NCBI GenBank assembly: GCA_918797485.1
Contig: CAKKNE010000001.1
Location: 5,642,001-5,706,000, forward strand
DNA length: 64,000 bases
From: Pelagomonas calceolata
Taxonomy: Eukaryota
Direction: 5' to 3'
Shown: positions 33,240 through 42,726 of the stretch, in pieces
Position numbering within the stretch: position 1 is the stretch's first letter
Layout of the letters: every line of letters starts with the position of its first letter
Position numbers and translations under genes: made by a program
Notes under the pieces: generated by a model
Databases searched by the model: none
What the model saw: the letters and a program-made list of their open reading frames with translations, nothing else
What the model was told of the DNA's origin: nothing

Positions 33240-34424
33240 CTACAACGCCGCCGCCGCGACGTAGTGCATCTCCGAATGAAAACCGATCCAGATCTCGCAG
33301 ACCGCCTCCGCGCCGCGCGGCTCGACGACGAGCTCGTAGTTCTCGGCGTGCGTCGTCACGAGCAGCACGCGCGCGCGGAACGCGTCGCTGCACGCCTGGA
33401 GCGTGTTGTGGTCGCCCCAGGAGCGGTCGTCGGCCAGGGCATTTATATACTGGTCGAAGTCGTCGCCCACGGCCACCGTGCCGATCTGGAGGCCCTGCGA
33501 CACGTAGACCTGGCAGTCATGAACTGGAGGGGGGTTCGCCCGCAGCACCTCCAACGCTTTCCGTCTTACTAAAGCGTGGTGCCGCTCAGAGTCCCACAGG
33601 CCCACGGACACGGCCCGGAACTGGCACGCGCCGTCGCCGCTCACGTTCACGATCGCCCGGCCGTGCCTCGCGAGGCGCGCGGCCAGCAGCTCCCTCCCAC
33701 TCCGCTGGTCGCCGAGCGACGGAGGGGCCGGCAGGCGCTTGCGGCGGCGGTTCCGGCCCATCCTCCTAAATTGCTTGACGAGGTTCGGCACGCACAGGTC
33801 GCGCGCGTCGTCTTCATCAATAAAGCGCGCCTCGACGGGCACGGCGGCGCAGCTCGAGCACAACCCCGCGGTCGACGCGTGGTAGGCGCGGCACCGGCGG
33901 CATAAGGTCGGTGGCGGCGCCAAGCGCTGCTTCGATCTGATTAACGTGCTTTCGGCCGCGTAGGCCTCGGTCGCGCGGCGCAGCGCGGTGGCGCAGTCGC
34001 GGTCGCCGTCCAAAATCGCCGCGATGGTCTCGCGCGTCCGCGCGTTCAGAGCCGAGAACTCCCGCGCCGCCGCCAAGGCCGCGTCCTCGGCGGCGAAGCG
34101 CCGGCGGCGGGCCTCGTCCTCCCGTGATTGTTCATATGCTCTACTCTCGGCGATCGCCTCGGCCATGTTCTCCGACGACTCTTTCCGTTTTTTCTCGGAT
34201 TCTTCCGAGGACACACGAGACAAAGCGATGGCCTTTTTCAGCTCCGCGGGGTTCGTCGTTTGCCGCAGGTTGTGGACGCGCGACGCGGCGACGGCCGCGG
34301 CGAGGTCGCGCGGATTTGTGGTTTGTTCAAGAGGATCCACATCACCATCACTGGAATCCGTCTCCTCGAAGGAGTCCCGGCGCCGCCACTCGCGGATTAG
34401 GCCTCCCTTGCCGCTGAACTCCAT
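33240..34424 (-). CDS. OTU-family deubiquitinase with UIM-like repeats and A20-like zinc finger
   Basis: GDGACQFRA, WGDHNTLQA, SEMHY; LCRRC...LCSSC. Confidence 0.88.
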   Translation of the reverse strand: MEFSGKGGLIREWRRRDSFEETDSSDGDVDPLEQTTNPRDLAAAVAASRVHNLRQTTNPAELKKAIALSRVSSEESEKKRKESSENMAEAIAESRAYEQSREDEARRRRFAAEDAALAAAREFSALNARTRETIAAILDGDRDCATALRRATEAYAAESTLIRSKQRLAPPPTLCRRCRAYHASTAGLCSSCAAVPVEARFIDEDDARDLCVPNLVKQFRRMGRNRRRKRLPAPPSLGDQRSGRELLAARLARHGRAIVNVSGDGACQFRAVSVGLWDSERHHALVRRKALEVLRANPPPVHDCQVYVSQGLQIGTVAVGDDFDQYINALADDRSWGDHNTLQACSDAFRARVLLVTTHAENYELVVEPRGAEAVCEIWIGFHSEMHYVAAAAL

Positions 34425-34607
34425 TGCGATGCTCTTTGCAGAGGCTGCACTCTGTGCTGGGTAGGGGCTCTACCCTTTGACTTGTCTTGCTCGCGAGCGA
34501 AGCTGCGAACGAAACCGAGCACTGGCGGCAGGAATTAAACGTGAATTTTGTGGCTTAAATGGTGCAAAACGCACGTACGGCTGGCTGTGTAAAATTCTTG
34601 CTTGTTG

Positions 34608-34629
34608 CTAGTATGTTACATGCCGCTAG
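34608..34629 (-). promoter_or_regulatory. CTAG-N14-CTAG motif copy
   Basis: ctagtatgttacatgccgctag, between divergent genes. Confidence 0.55.
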
Positions 34630-34871
34630 CTATTGGGGCAAGCCGAGGCCGCATTGCTCGCGGCGCACGAGCCTGAGCGTGTCAGGCCAAATTCGTCGCC
34701 CCCGTGCTGTCACTTCGCGCTGCACATAACCGCCCGCACGCCTAGCACGCCCCATAGCCACAACACTGCACACAGCCCCACAGCAGTACTGCACACGAGC
34801 CGATTTGGACATAGGACTCCTCTACGACATAAGCGCCAGCAGTTCTGCACGCAAACACCGCAAAAAAAGCG

Positions 34872-35726
34872 ATGCCTAATTCACAAGACGACATCGAGGC
34901 CCTCGTCACGCCTGCAGCAGCCGCAGCGGCCGAAGGCGTGCCGCACGGCGCCTTCCTGCTCACCTTAGCTTTGTTCGTAGCACCACTCGTCGCAGCATTG
35001 CTGCGCGAAGGCATCGTCGTCGGCACCGATGAAAGCCCGCGATACGTGCGACGCGACTGCAGCGCGAAAGGCCTCGCGTTTTGGCTGCTCTTGTGCGCGG
35101 CGCTCTACGCGATCCAGTACGTCCTCGCACGTAGAAGGAGATGGAAGCACAACGAGAAAACCATGGCGCGCCACAAGGAAGATCTCCTGAGGCAATCCCT
35201 ACTGTGCGGGCTGGCCTACTCCAGCGGTGTTATAGGAGGCCGCCTCGACGAGGCGCCTCTCGCCTTCGCGGCGTACGTCGTCGCATTTACAATAGGCTAC
35301 TGCGTCCTGTTCGAGCTGCTGCGAGCGGGCAACGTCGAATTTACGGCGAATTGCGTCGGGAATGTGTACGCCGTCGCGGTGGCCGTCTTCGCCGCGTCGC
35401 TCGTCGGCTGCCTCGTGGCGCACACAATCTTCCGAATCGCGTCCATCGCGAGCGTCGATCCGACCGCGCCGAGCCTCGCCGACTGTGCGGGCGTGTTCCT
35501 CGTTATTATCGCGGCGCACGCGGCCTTAGTCCTCGCGCCGGGCGCGGCGTCGGCGCACTTCCACCACTACTATCTGGGCTTTGTGGGGTCGTGCCTGTGC
35601 ACACTGGCGACGGACACGTCCATGGTCGCGCAAGCGATGCTCCTCGGGATCTACCTGCACGGGACGGCGCTCTTCGGCGTCGAGCGCGTCTTCTACCCCG
35701 AGGGTGGTGATGCCGAACCCTATTAA
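34872..35726 (+). CDS. Hypothetical multi-pass membrane protein
   Basis: About 7-8 hydrophobic segments; HFHHYY motif. Confidence 0.7.
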   Translation: MPNSQDDIEALVTPAAAAAAEGVPHGAFLLTLALFVAPLVAALLREGIVVGTDESPRYVRRDCSAKGLAFWLLLCAALYAIQYVLARRRRWKHNEKTMARHKEDLLRQSLLCGLAYSSGVIGGRLDEAPLAFAAYVVAFTIGYCVLFELLRAGNVEFTANCVGNVYAVAVAVFAASLVGCLVAHTIFRIASIASVDPTAPSLADCAGVFLVIIAAHAALVLAPGAASAHFHHYYLGFVGSCLCTLATDTSMVAQAMLLGIYLHGTALFGVERVFYPEGGDAEPY

Positions 35727-35760
35727 TGTCTGTTTTACTAATACACATGTAATTTAACAC

Positions 35761-36888
35761 TCAGTTCTCCCGCCGCTTCTGGAGCTTCTGGGACAGGATG
35801 CCCCGGAGGTGGGCGGCCCGCCGCGTCAGCGCGCGCTCGACCTGCCTGAGCCGGTCCGCCGTCGACCCGGCCTCCAGCAGGCCCTGGCGTCCCTCCGCGA
35901 CGTCGACCAGACCTAAAGCCGCCGGCACCGCGAAGGAAAGCCGGAGCCGTCGCCGCGCCGTGGGCCACGCGTCCGGCGCGGCCTCTGGCTTCAACGCGAG
36001 CAGACTCGGCGGGAGGCGGATCTTGGCTTGCTCCGCCGGCGTGCCGTCGGCCATGAGTATTTGTTCCAGAAGCCCGCCGTCGACGGCCACGGCGTCCCAG
36101 ACCCGCTGCTCGACGTCGTCAGAAGCCGTGTCGTCGTCGACCGGTTCGGCCATCTCCTCTACAACAATTCCGCTCTGCACCGGCGCCCGGTCGAGCCGCA
36201 GCGGCGAGAGCTCGGCGACCTCGGCCGACGTGGACGACAGCTTCACGCCGCCGGGGCCGAACTCGAACGCCCGCCACGCTTCGTGATCGCCTTCTTCCTT
36301 ATCCAAGACCCAGCTCGCGTCGACGACGTCGTGGGGTAAGGTTCGCTTCACGTCCCGCACGCGGAAGCGCCCCACGCCCTGCGAGACGACCACGAGGCAC
36401 CCGTCCGTCCTTCTTTCCACTGCCAGGCATTCCATCACGGTGCCCAGCGTCGTCGCCTCGGGCCCGTCGGGTAGGGCATACTTCGGGATCCTTAAATTCG
36501 CCGAGCCGCCCGGTAATAGTATATGGCCGAAATACCAGGGCTTCGGGCCCCTAACTAATTTCTCGAACAATGCTGTATAATGTGGCACATGAACGTTGTA
36601 GACCTGCCGCTCGCCCGGAAGTGCATTCCACTGGACCCGCCAGAGCGGCAGGTCGGAGAGCGGGTCGGCGGCGTCGTCCGCTGCGCTGGCGGCGTCCGTG
36701 CTGGCGTCACCAGCGGCGTCGGTTGTCGTCGTACTGGTGCCGTAGAACATATCGTTCAGTTTTTTTATTTGCTCGGCGCGGTCCTCGGCTCGTCGCACGA
36801 CGAGGCCGCGGCGCGGCCTGGGACTGCCGGTCGGGGCATAGGCAGCGCAGGTTCCACAGAGGCCTACGGCGAGGAGCAGGCGACTCAT
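35761..36888 (-). CDS. LON N-terminal (substrate-binding) domain protein, probably plastid-targeted
   Basis: LPGE..VYNVHVPHY..LFE, QGVGRFRV, RQ.LLE..STA.RL; signal+transit N-terminus. Confidence 0.75.
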   Translation of the reverse strand: MSRLLLAVGLCGTCAAYAPTGSPRPRRGLVVRRAEDRAEQIKKLNDMFYGTSTTTTDAAGDASTDAASAADDAADPLSDLPLWRVQWNALPGERQVYNVHVPHYTALFEKLVRGPKPWYFGHILLPGGSANLRIPKYALPDGPEATTLGTVMECLAVERRTDGCLVVVSQGVGRFRVRDVKRTLPHDVVDASWVLDKEEGDHEAWRAFEFGPGGVKLSSTSAEVAELSPLRLDRAPVQSGIVVEEMAEPVDDDTASDDVEQRVWDAVAVDGGLLEQILMADGTPAEQAKIRLPPSLLALKPEAAPDAWPTARRRLRLSFAVPAALGLVDVAEGRQGLLEAGSTADRLRQVERALTRRAAHLRGILSQKLQKRREN

Positions 36889-37075
36889 GCTGCTGCGCTC
36901 CCGCGTCATGTGTCGAAATTGGCTGTGTGAGGTAGCCGGCTGAAATGCTCTTGTGAAGAGCTCCGGTCTAGCGAAATCGCGAGCTTTGCGATTTGTACGA
37001 AGAATACAGGTATCACGTACTCGCGATAGCACAAAGCGCTCAAAACCAGGAAGCACAGCTCCTCCAAAAAACTAG

Positions 37076-37097
37076 CTAGCGTGCACACAGGCACTAG
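37076..37097 (+). promoter_or_regulatory. CTAG-N14-CTAG motif copy (degenerate)
   Basis: ctagcgtgcacacaggcactag, between divergent genes. Confidence 0.45.
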
Positions 37098-37311
37098 GAT
37101 GCGGCTATTTTTACGGTGTTTGGCTCATGTCGCGCCTATAGATCAGTCAGAATAGCCTGGCGGCGGCAAAAGTACTCCAATAATACGCCGCCACAGCGCC
37201 AGCTACTCGCAGCTCAGTAGCGCCGCTGCACCATTGGCGTGCAGCACACTGTGCCTAATTAACGCCGCCGGAACGCGCACGCCGCCGCGGTCCACCAACG
37301 AATAAAAAGAG

Positions 37312-37962
37312 ATGGCCCGAACGCGCGGCTTCGACCGCCCTTTAACAACAAATCAGCTCGCGAGCTGGATAGGAAACGCCCTCGCGACGGCCTGGTTTTA
37401 TGGTGTGGTGGCTTGGGTCTTGTTGCGGGATCGAAGGCATTGCAACGAACGCGTTGTCGCTATTATGGTCATACCGCACGTTCTGTGCGTCTTGGTCGGC
37501 CTGTGTTGCTGGTTGTTTATGGAAACACATAACCCAACAAAAGCGTCGTGCTTCGGATCTTGTTTAGGAGACACGCCGCGCTGGACGAAGAAGCGCTATT
37601 GCCGCGAGCACAAGGCGTCGATCGAGGGGCTCGACCATTTTTGCACGTGGTTGAACGTGAGCGTCGGACGGCAGAATTATGTTCCGTTCTATCTTTTGAG
37701 TATGGCGGGCACGGTCCAATACGCCTTACATACGGCCATCTGTGTTTTCATCATCGTCTCGTGTCGACGGGCAATAGCTCTGGGCACATTGGTCGTCATC
37801 GGCGCGTGCGGCTTGCTGGGCTTCGGCATCTTATTGGCCTACGCCGCTTTGTTCGGCTTCCACACGTACCTCGCCTTTCTAGGCATAGGCACCTACGACT
37901 GGATCATCGACCAGCGGAAGGCCCCTGCGACCGAGATGACGGGCCGCGTCGGGGACGGTTAA
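37312..37962 (+). CDS. DHHC-family acyltransferase variant (DHFC)
   Basis: YCREHKASIEGLDHFCTWLNVSVGRQNY; 4 TM segments; GTYDWI. Confidence 0.8.
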   Translation: MARTRGFDRPLTTNQLASWIGNALATAWFYGVVAWVLLRDRRHCNERVVAIMVIPHVLCVLVGLCCWLFMETHNPTKASCFGSCLGDTPRWTKKRYCREHKASIEGLDHFCTWLNVSVGRQNYVPFYLLSMAGTVQYALHTAICVFIIVSCRRAIALGTLVVIGACGLLGFGILLAYAALFGFHTYLAFLGIGTYDWIIDQRKAPATEMTGRVGDG

Positions 37963-37997
37963 GCAAAGGTACTTAATAGACACACCCCTCCCCGTAT

Positions 37998-38738
37998 TTA
38001 TAGGACGCCGAGGTCCAGCTTCTCCTCGAGCGCGCCGCCCGTCGCCAGGAACAGCTTCGACATGAACGTCGCCTCGCGGCCCTTCTCGACGGCGGCCTGC
38101 GCTTTCAGGGTGAGCTTCTTGCGCGACATGGTCTTCTTCTTGCCGCCGCCGCCGCGCGCCGTCGGCGGCGCGCCCTTCTTGAACTTGCGCATGTTCTCCT
38201 GGTTGCGCTGGCGCTTCTCCTTCTTCGTGTTTCGTCGGCAGGCCTGCGTGTTGTACCGTCGGGCGCTTGACCGATACGTGATTCGAACACGTAACCTTCA
38301 GGACTGGAATCTGACGCGCTACCGTTGCGCCAATCGGTCTCTCGATGAGTTTGCATCCGGTGGGGTTCGAACCCACGCCTCCGGAGAGATTGGGGCTTAA
38401 ATCCAACGCCTTCTTGGCTCTTCTTTTGTTGAAGAAAGACCAACTCGGCCACGGATACAATAGGCTGAATCAGCTCCGTCGCGAGACGGCGCTGCCTCGC
38501 CCGCTTCAATTCGCTCTCGAGTTTGCTCTCGGGTGCAACCGAATAGCTGGTGAGGCTATCCAGCCGCAAGAGCCATTTCGAAGGACATAGAAAAGAGATG
38601 ACGCGGCCGCGGTACCTCGAGGACGGTGGCGTCGGCGGTCGGCGCCGGCCTGGCGACCAGCGCTCTCGGCATCGCTGCAGGGGCGATGAGCGCGCTTGCG
38701 CTTGCGGCCATCGCCGCGAGGGCGTAGTGGACCTTCAT
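37998..38738 (-). CDS. Small basic, probably plastid-targeted protein (122 aa); exons 38738-38616 and 38243-37998
   Basis: Exon 1 is a signal+transit peptide (MKVHYALAAMAASASALIAP...TVLE) ending GAG|gtaccg; acceptor acgcag|GCC joins in frame to ACRRNTKKEKRQRNQENMRKFKK. Confidence 0.75.
38268..38339 (-). tRNA. trnW: tRNA-Trp(CCA)
   Basis: GACCGAT TG GCGC AACGGTA GCGC G TCAGA TT CCA GT CCTGA AGGTT ACGTG TTCGAAT CACGT ATCGGTC A folds as a cloverleaf. Confidence 0.93.
38352..38458 (-). tRNA. trnL: tRNA-Leu(TAA) with a 24-nt D-loop intron (38413-38436)
   Basis: GTATCCG TG GCCGAGTTGGTCT[intron]AAGGC G TTGGA TT TAA GC CCCAA, long variable arm, GTGGG TTCGAAC CCCAC CGGATGC A. Confidence 0.9.
38463..38565 (-). 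ncRNA. Candidate structured RNA of about 103 nt, family unknown
   Basis: 7-bp closing stem GGCTGGA/TTCAGCC, several internal hairpins, CTGA before the 3' stem; ends 4 nt before tRNA-Leu. Confidence 0.35.
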
Positions 38739-39067
38739 GGTGTCCCTCAGGGAGTAGCTGACGCGCTGCTCCTGGCTCAGCGGTGCCTCTACACGCACTT
38801 TTAGCCTGGTGCAACCAGCTCGTCTGTCAGGGTGCGGGGTTTTGCAGCCGTCCCAAACGCCTCCCTCCAGCCCTGCAGCGATCGCTGGAGGACCACAGAG
38901 ACCACTAGAAGAGGCATCCACCGGCGGAGCGCGGCCGCAGCGCCATCTCCCTTGGCCTCTCGCAAAGCGCGGCGCTGAACGCCACCGCGGCGGGCGTAGG
39001 AGAACCGGATTAACGCACTGCAAGCTGCCCCCGAACCCCACAGGCAGATGCCCCACCGATAACAGCC

Positions 39068-40402
39068 ATGGAGCCCCTGCAGCGCCAGCCCAAGCCCCAC
39101 CCTCGCGCCTGGGCCCGAGCCTCGAAGCGGTTCCACGCCCAGACCGCAGAGCAGCTCTCCGAGGACTGGCTCGATCGCTTCGAGAAGCTCCTCGCCTTCC
39201 GGCAGCGGAAGGGAACCTTCGCGGCACCACCCGACACTGAGCTCGGGAGATGGATCAAACACCAGCGCCAGCAGCACGCCGCGCACACGCTGCCCGTCGC
39301 CGCGCGCGCGAGGCTGGCTGGTTGTGGATTCTTCGAGCCCCAACCATTGATGGATGCGTCGCGCCCGCTCACGTCGGGCACGGCGTTACGAGCGGAGCAG
39401 CACGCACGGCTCAGGCCGGGCACATCGGAGGCGCGGCCATCCGCAACCGACGCGCGGCCGCGCATCGCGTCGCGGCCGAGCTTCGACCGGCCCGGCACCG
39501 CGGCCTCCCCGGATCCAAGAGTGCGCGTCACGTCCTGGGGCGACGACGTCCCGAACCTGAGCCCGCAGCCCTCGCCCGAACGGCGACCGAAGTCCGTGCG
39601 CTTCGCGGACCGCGTGACCGGCGCGACGGAGGCCGTCGCGCGCGTCGCTTCTATTGGCTGCGCCTGGTGCGGGCGCGCCGATGATATTACCGAGGTCTGC
39701 GGCATGCGGTTGTGTGGGACGTGCCGGCGGGCCAAGACGCCGGCGCCAACAACAATGAAGCTCGTGCGCCGGTCGCGCGACGCGCCGGCGCCGCCTTCTG
39801 ATTCATTCCAGGGGCTCGCCCTGCGGCCGCTCGCGGCAAAGACCCGCGGCGGCAAGCGTCGTCAAACGGTGGCGGCGCCCGAATTAATACGAGTGGAGAC
39901 GCCCGCCGAGATCCGGAAGCGGCGGAGCCGCCAGCGGCGGCGGCGGCGCGCGGCCGAGGAGGCCATGGACGCCGACCGCGAGGCGCGGGCCGCGGCGGAA
40001 GCGGAAAGAGCCGCTAGGATGCAGCAGCAGACGCCTCCTTCCGTCGCGGCGATGCTCGACGGCCACGGCGGCGCCGTCACGCTGACGGTGCTGCAGAAGG
40101 AAGTCGGGCAGGCGCGGCCGGACCTCTACGAGTGGCTGACGCGGGACGGCGGGAAGCTGCCCGTCGACAAAGGCGTCGTGCCGGTGGAAGGTCTCGAGGA
40201 AGCCGTCGCCGCGTTCGAGGAGGAGCAGCGCCTCGAGAAGCTCGACGGCGAGGCCGACCAGGCGCTGGACCGCGCGCTCGGCTTAATCGCGCCGGCCGCG
40301 CGGCCGCGGTCGGGCTGGCACAAGGCGTCGCGGGGCTTCGTGCCGGGGCGGCACCGGTCGTGGACGCCGAAGACGCCGTCGCGGCCCCCTGACGACGCGT
40401 GA
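39068..40402 (+). CDS. Hypothetical protein with N-terminal helicase-associated (HA) domain
   Basis: W...FEKLLAF....G.......LGRWIKHQR...........L...GF pattern. Confidence 0.7.
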   Translation: MEPLQRQPKPHPRAWARASKRFHAQTAEQLSEDWLDRFEKLLAFRQRKGTFAAPPDTELGRWIKHQRQQHAAHTLPVAARARLAGCGFFEPQPLMDASRPLTSGTALRAEQHARLRPGTSEARPSATDARPRIASRPSFDRPGTAASPDPRVRVTSWGDDVPNLSPQPSPERRPKSVRFADRVTGATEAVARVASIGCAWCGRADDITEVCGMRLCGTCRRAKTPAPTTMKLVRRSRDAPAPPSDSFQGLALRPLAAKTRGGKRRQTVAAPELIRVETPAEIRKRRSRQRRRRRAAEEAMDADREARAAAEAERAARMQQQTPPSVAAMLDGHGGAVTLTVLQKEVGQARPDLYEWLTRDGGKLPVDKGVVPVEGLEEAVAAFEEEQRLEKLDGEADQALDRALGLIAPAARPRSGWHKASRGFVPGRHRSWTPKTPSRPPDDA

Positions 40403-40512
40403 TTTGTAAGTAGCTATGTTTCTGTGCATCGCATGCGATAATTAGGAAGGCGCCCCGCGCGGGCAGGACGCGTCCGAATTATCGCGTCTCTCGACGCCGG
40501 CTACGTACGAAT

Positions 40513-42309
40513 CTATTCGCTGGTGATGGACCCTGTGCGCATCCGTGGGTTTTCCCTTCTGATTTGATCGTGCACCTTCCGAAATTGGCGGAACTGCTGG
40601 ATCGCCTGTCGGTTCGCTTTGAGGCGGCTGAGGTCCTTCCTCGCGTTGTCGACCCCGCCGACGACCTCGATGCCCCGACCCGCGTGACCTTCTTGAGGGA
40701 CTCCTTGAGGGGCTGCTTCTTCATTGGGACGGTGCGGACGCGCGGCGGCGGCGCGGGCGGCGGCGAGGCGCGCCTCGGCGCCGACCTCCGGAGGCTCCGC
40801 GCGTGCGCGGACCCCGCGCGAGGCGCGCAGGCGGTCGGCCTCGGCCTTCCGCGCGGGCGTCGGGCAGTCGGCGACGTCTGCAACTTGCACGGCGCCGCAC
40901 GACGTCGACGCGCACTTGGTCTTGTCGAACGCGCGGTTCAGCTTCACCTTATTGGCCACGCACCAGCCGAGGTCCTGGTCGAAGGCCGAGGCGCCTTGGA
41001 ACATCATCCACATGTTCCTGACGCTCTGGATCGCCCAACCGCCGATGTATTGGTTAAAGGCCGAGGCCTTCTTGAACATCTCGTGCATCGACGTGACGCC
41101 GGAGGTGTCCCACGCACCGATGTTGTCGTTGAAAGACGCCGAGGCCGAGTTGCAGGATTCTTCCCACGACGCTCCACAAAACAATTTCGACATGTCCGTC
41201 ACGCCCCCAGTCGCCCACGTCGAGATGTGGCCGTACGTCGCCTCGGCAGACGTGGCGTCCGAGAGCCACGCTGCGACTGCAATTCTGATCTTCCCGTTGG
41301 CCATGACATTACCATTGCTCGGGATGTCACAGCCGCCCCACGAGACGCCGCACAACGTCGACGCGCACGGGGTGCTGACGAACGCCCGGTCCAGGTTCAC
41401 GCCGTCGTCCACGCACCAGCCGAGGTCCTGGTCGAAGGCCGAGGCGTACCGGAACATGTCCTCCATCGTTGTGACGCCGGAGGTATCCCACGCGCCGATA
41501 TCCTCGTTAAACGACGAGGCGCCTCGAAACAAGCGCGACATGTCCGTCACCCCGCCGGTCTCCCACGTCGAGATGTGGCCGTACGCCGCCTCGGCGGCCG
41601 TCGCGTCCGAGAGCCACGCGGCGACTGCTTGCTTGATTTTCCAGTTGACCATGACGTTGTCCGTGCGCGAGACGTCGCAGTCAACTCCTGCGATGCCGCA
41701 CGCCGTCGACTCGCACTTGGTGTTCATGAAAGCCAGTTCCAGCTCCACCTCGTCGGCCACGCACCAGCCGAGGTCCTGGTCGAAGGCCGAGGCGTAGGCG
41801 AACATCCCCGGCATTCTCGTGACGCTGCGGATCGCCCAACCACTGATGTCCTGGTCGAAGGCCGAGGCTTCGTGGAACATCAACGACATATCCGTGACGC
41901 TGTGGACCGCCCAACCACTGATGTCCTGGTTGAACGCCGAGGCCTCGAGGAACATCCAGTACATCGACGTGACGCCAGAGGTGTCCCATGCGCCGATCTC
42001 CTGGTCGAAGGACGAGGCGTGGACGAACATCCGCTCCATCGCCGTGACGCCAGAGGTGTCCCACGCGCCGATGTCCTCGTTGAAGGACGATGCCCCTAAA
42101 AACAAGCGCGACATGTCCGTCACCCCCCCAGTCTCCCACGTCGAGATGTGGCCGTACTCGGCCTCGGCGGCGGCGCGGTCGTGGAACCACGCCCTAACCG
42201 CAACGCGGATGGTCTTGTCGTCGAGGGCTTGTTTGGTCTTGTCGTTGCGGGCTTGTTTGGCCGCCGTGGCCGCCGAAGCGAAGCATAGGGCGAGTAAGAC
42301 GTTCCGCAT
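40513..42309 (-). CDS. Secreted DUF285/BspA-type (26-residue-like repeat) protein
   Basis: Signal peptide; many [16 protein letters not shown] repeats arranged in three YGHISTW..GGVTDMS modules. Confidence 0.9.
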   Translation of the reverse strand: MRNVLLALCFASAATAAKQARNDKTKQALDDKTIRVAVRAWFHDRAAAEAEYGHISTWETGGVTDMSRLFLGASSFNEDIGAWDTSGVTAMERMFVHASSFDQEIGAWDTSGVTSMYWMFLEASAFNQDISGWAVHSVTDMSLMFHEASAFDQDISGWAIRSVTRMPGMFAYASAFDQDLGWCVADEVELELAFMNTKCESTACGIAGVDCDVSRTDNVMVNWKIKQAVAAWLSDATAAEAAYGHISTWETGGVTDMSRLFRGASSFNEDIGAWDTSGVTTMEDMFRYASAFDQDLGWCVDDGVNLDRAFVSTPCASTLCGVSWGGCDIPSNGNVMANGKIRIAVAAWLSDATSAEATYGHISTWATGGVTDMSKLFCGASWEESCNSASASFNDNIGAWDTSGVTSMHEMFKKASAFNQYIGGWAIQSVRNMWMMFQGASAFDQDLGWCVANKVKLNRAFDKTKCASTSCGAVQVADVADCPTPARKAEADRLRASRGVRARAEPPEVGAEARLAAARAAAARPHRPNEEAAPQGVPQEGHAGRGIEVVGGVDNARKDLSRLKANRQAIQQFRQFRKVHDQIRRENPRMRTGSITSE

Positions 42310-42650
42310 GATGGCCTGCGCGCGCAAACATCCTCGGGCCGGTTCTCGACTGCTCAGGTATTCGTTCATGAGAGGCGTTCAGCGCCCCAAATTTATGTGA
42401 GAATACCAGCCGAAATGGGTCGATTGGCGGTGGCGCGCGCCGCGGGGGCGGCGCGGCGGCGGCGCGCGGAGGGGGCGCAACATCGAAGGAGCAGTAAGCC
42501 ATTGTTTGGGCGGAGCGCGGGCCCCGGCCACCGGAAAGATTGATTGACACAGCGCCGAACCATCGAAAATGTTCTGTCTTGTGGCGGGTTTAATAGCGAG
42601 GGGCGAGGGGCGAGGGCCGGTTTTTGCAAACACCAAGTAAAGCGTGCTTG

Positions 42651-42672
42651 CTAGTGTCTTACAGGCCGCTAG
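42651..42672 (-). promoter_or_regulatory. CTAG-N14-CTAG motif copy (consensus)
   Basis: ctagtgtcttacaggccgctag, upstream of the DUF285 gene. Confidence 0.6.
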
Positions 42673-42726
42673 GGCACCTTTTGGCGCACGCGCGCCTACG
42701 CGCGGACGCTACTACAAGTCAACTAC

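Larger units (their letters stand above)
38244..38615 (-). other. Spliceosomal GT-AG intron, 372 nt, hosting tRNA genes
   Basis: gtaccg...aacacgcag, phase 0, links the presequence exon to the mature domain. Confidence 0.72.

Noticed and set aside
38268..38339. tRNA-Trp as evidence of UGA recoding
   Set aside because: The mismatch is at 31:39 rather than 27:43; TGA ends several genes here and the internal TGAs I examined fall in introns.
38463..38615. U3 snoRNA, tRNA-Sec or TPP riboswitch identity for the structured segment
   Set aside because: Required boxes and motifs (U3 boxes A/B/C, UCA anticodon arm, CTGAGA) are not convincingly present.
40564..42099. 511-aa plus-strand ORF, and many similar antisense ORFs across the window
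   Set aside because: Antisense shadows of GC3-rich genes with no recognisable motifs.
40860..42210. Regularly spaced repeats resembling a CRISPR array
   Set aside because: They are in-frame DUF285 protein repeats with no unique spacers, and no cas genes are present in this eukaryotic context.
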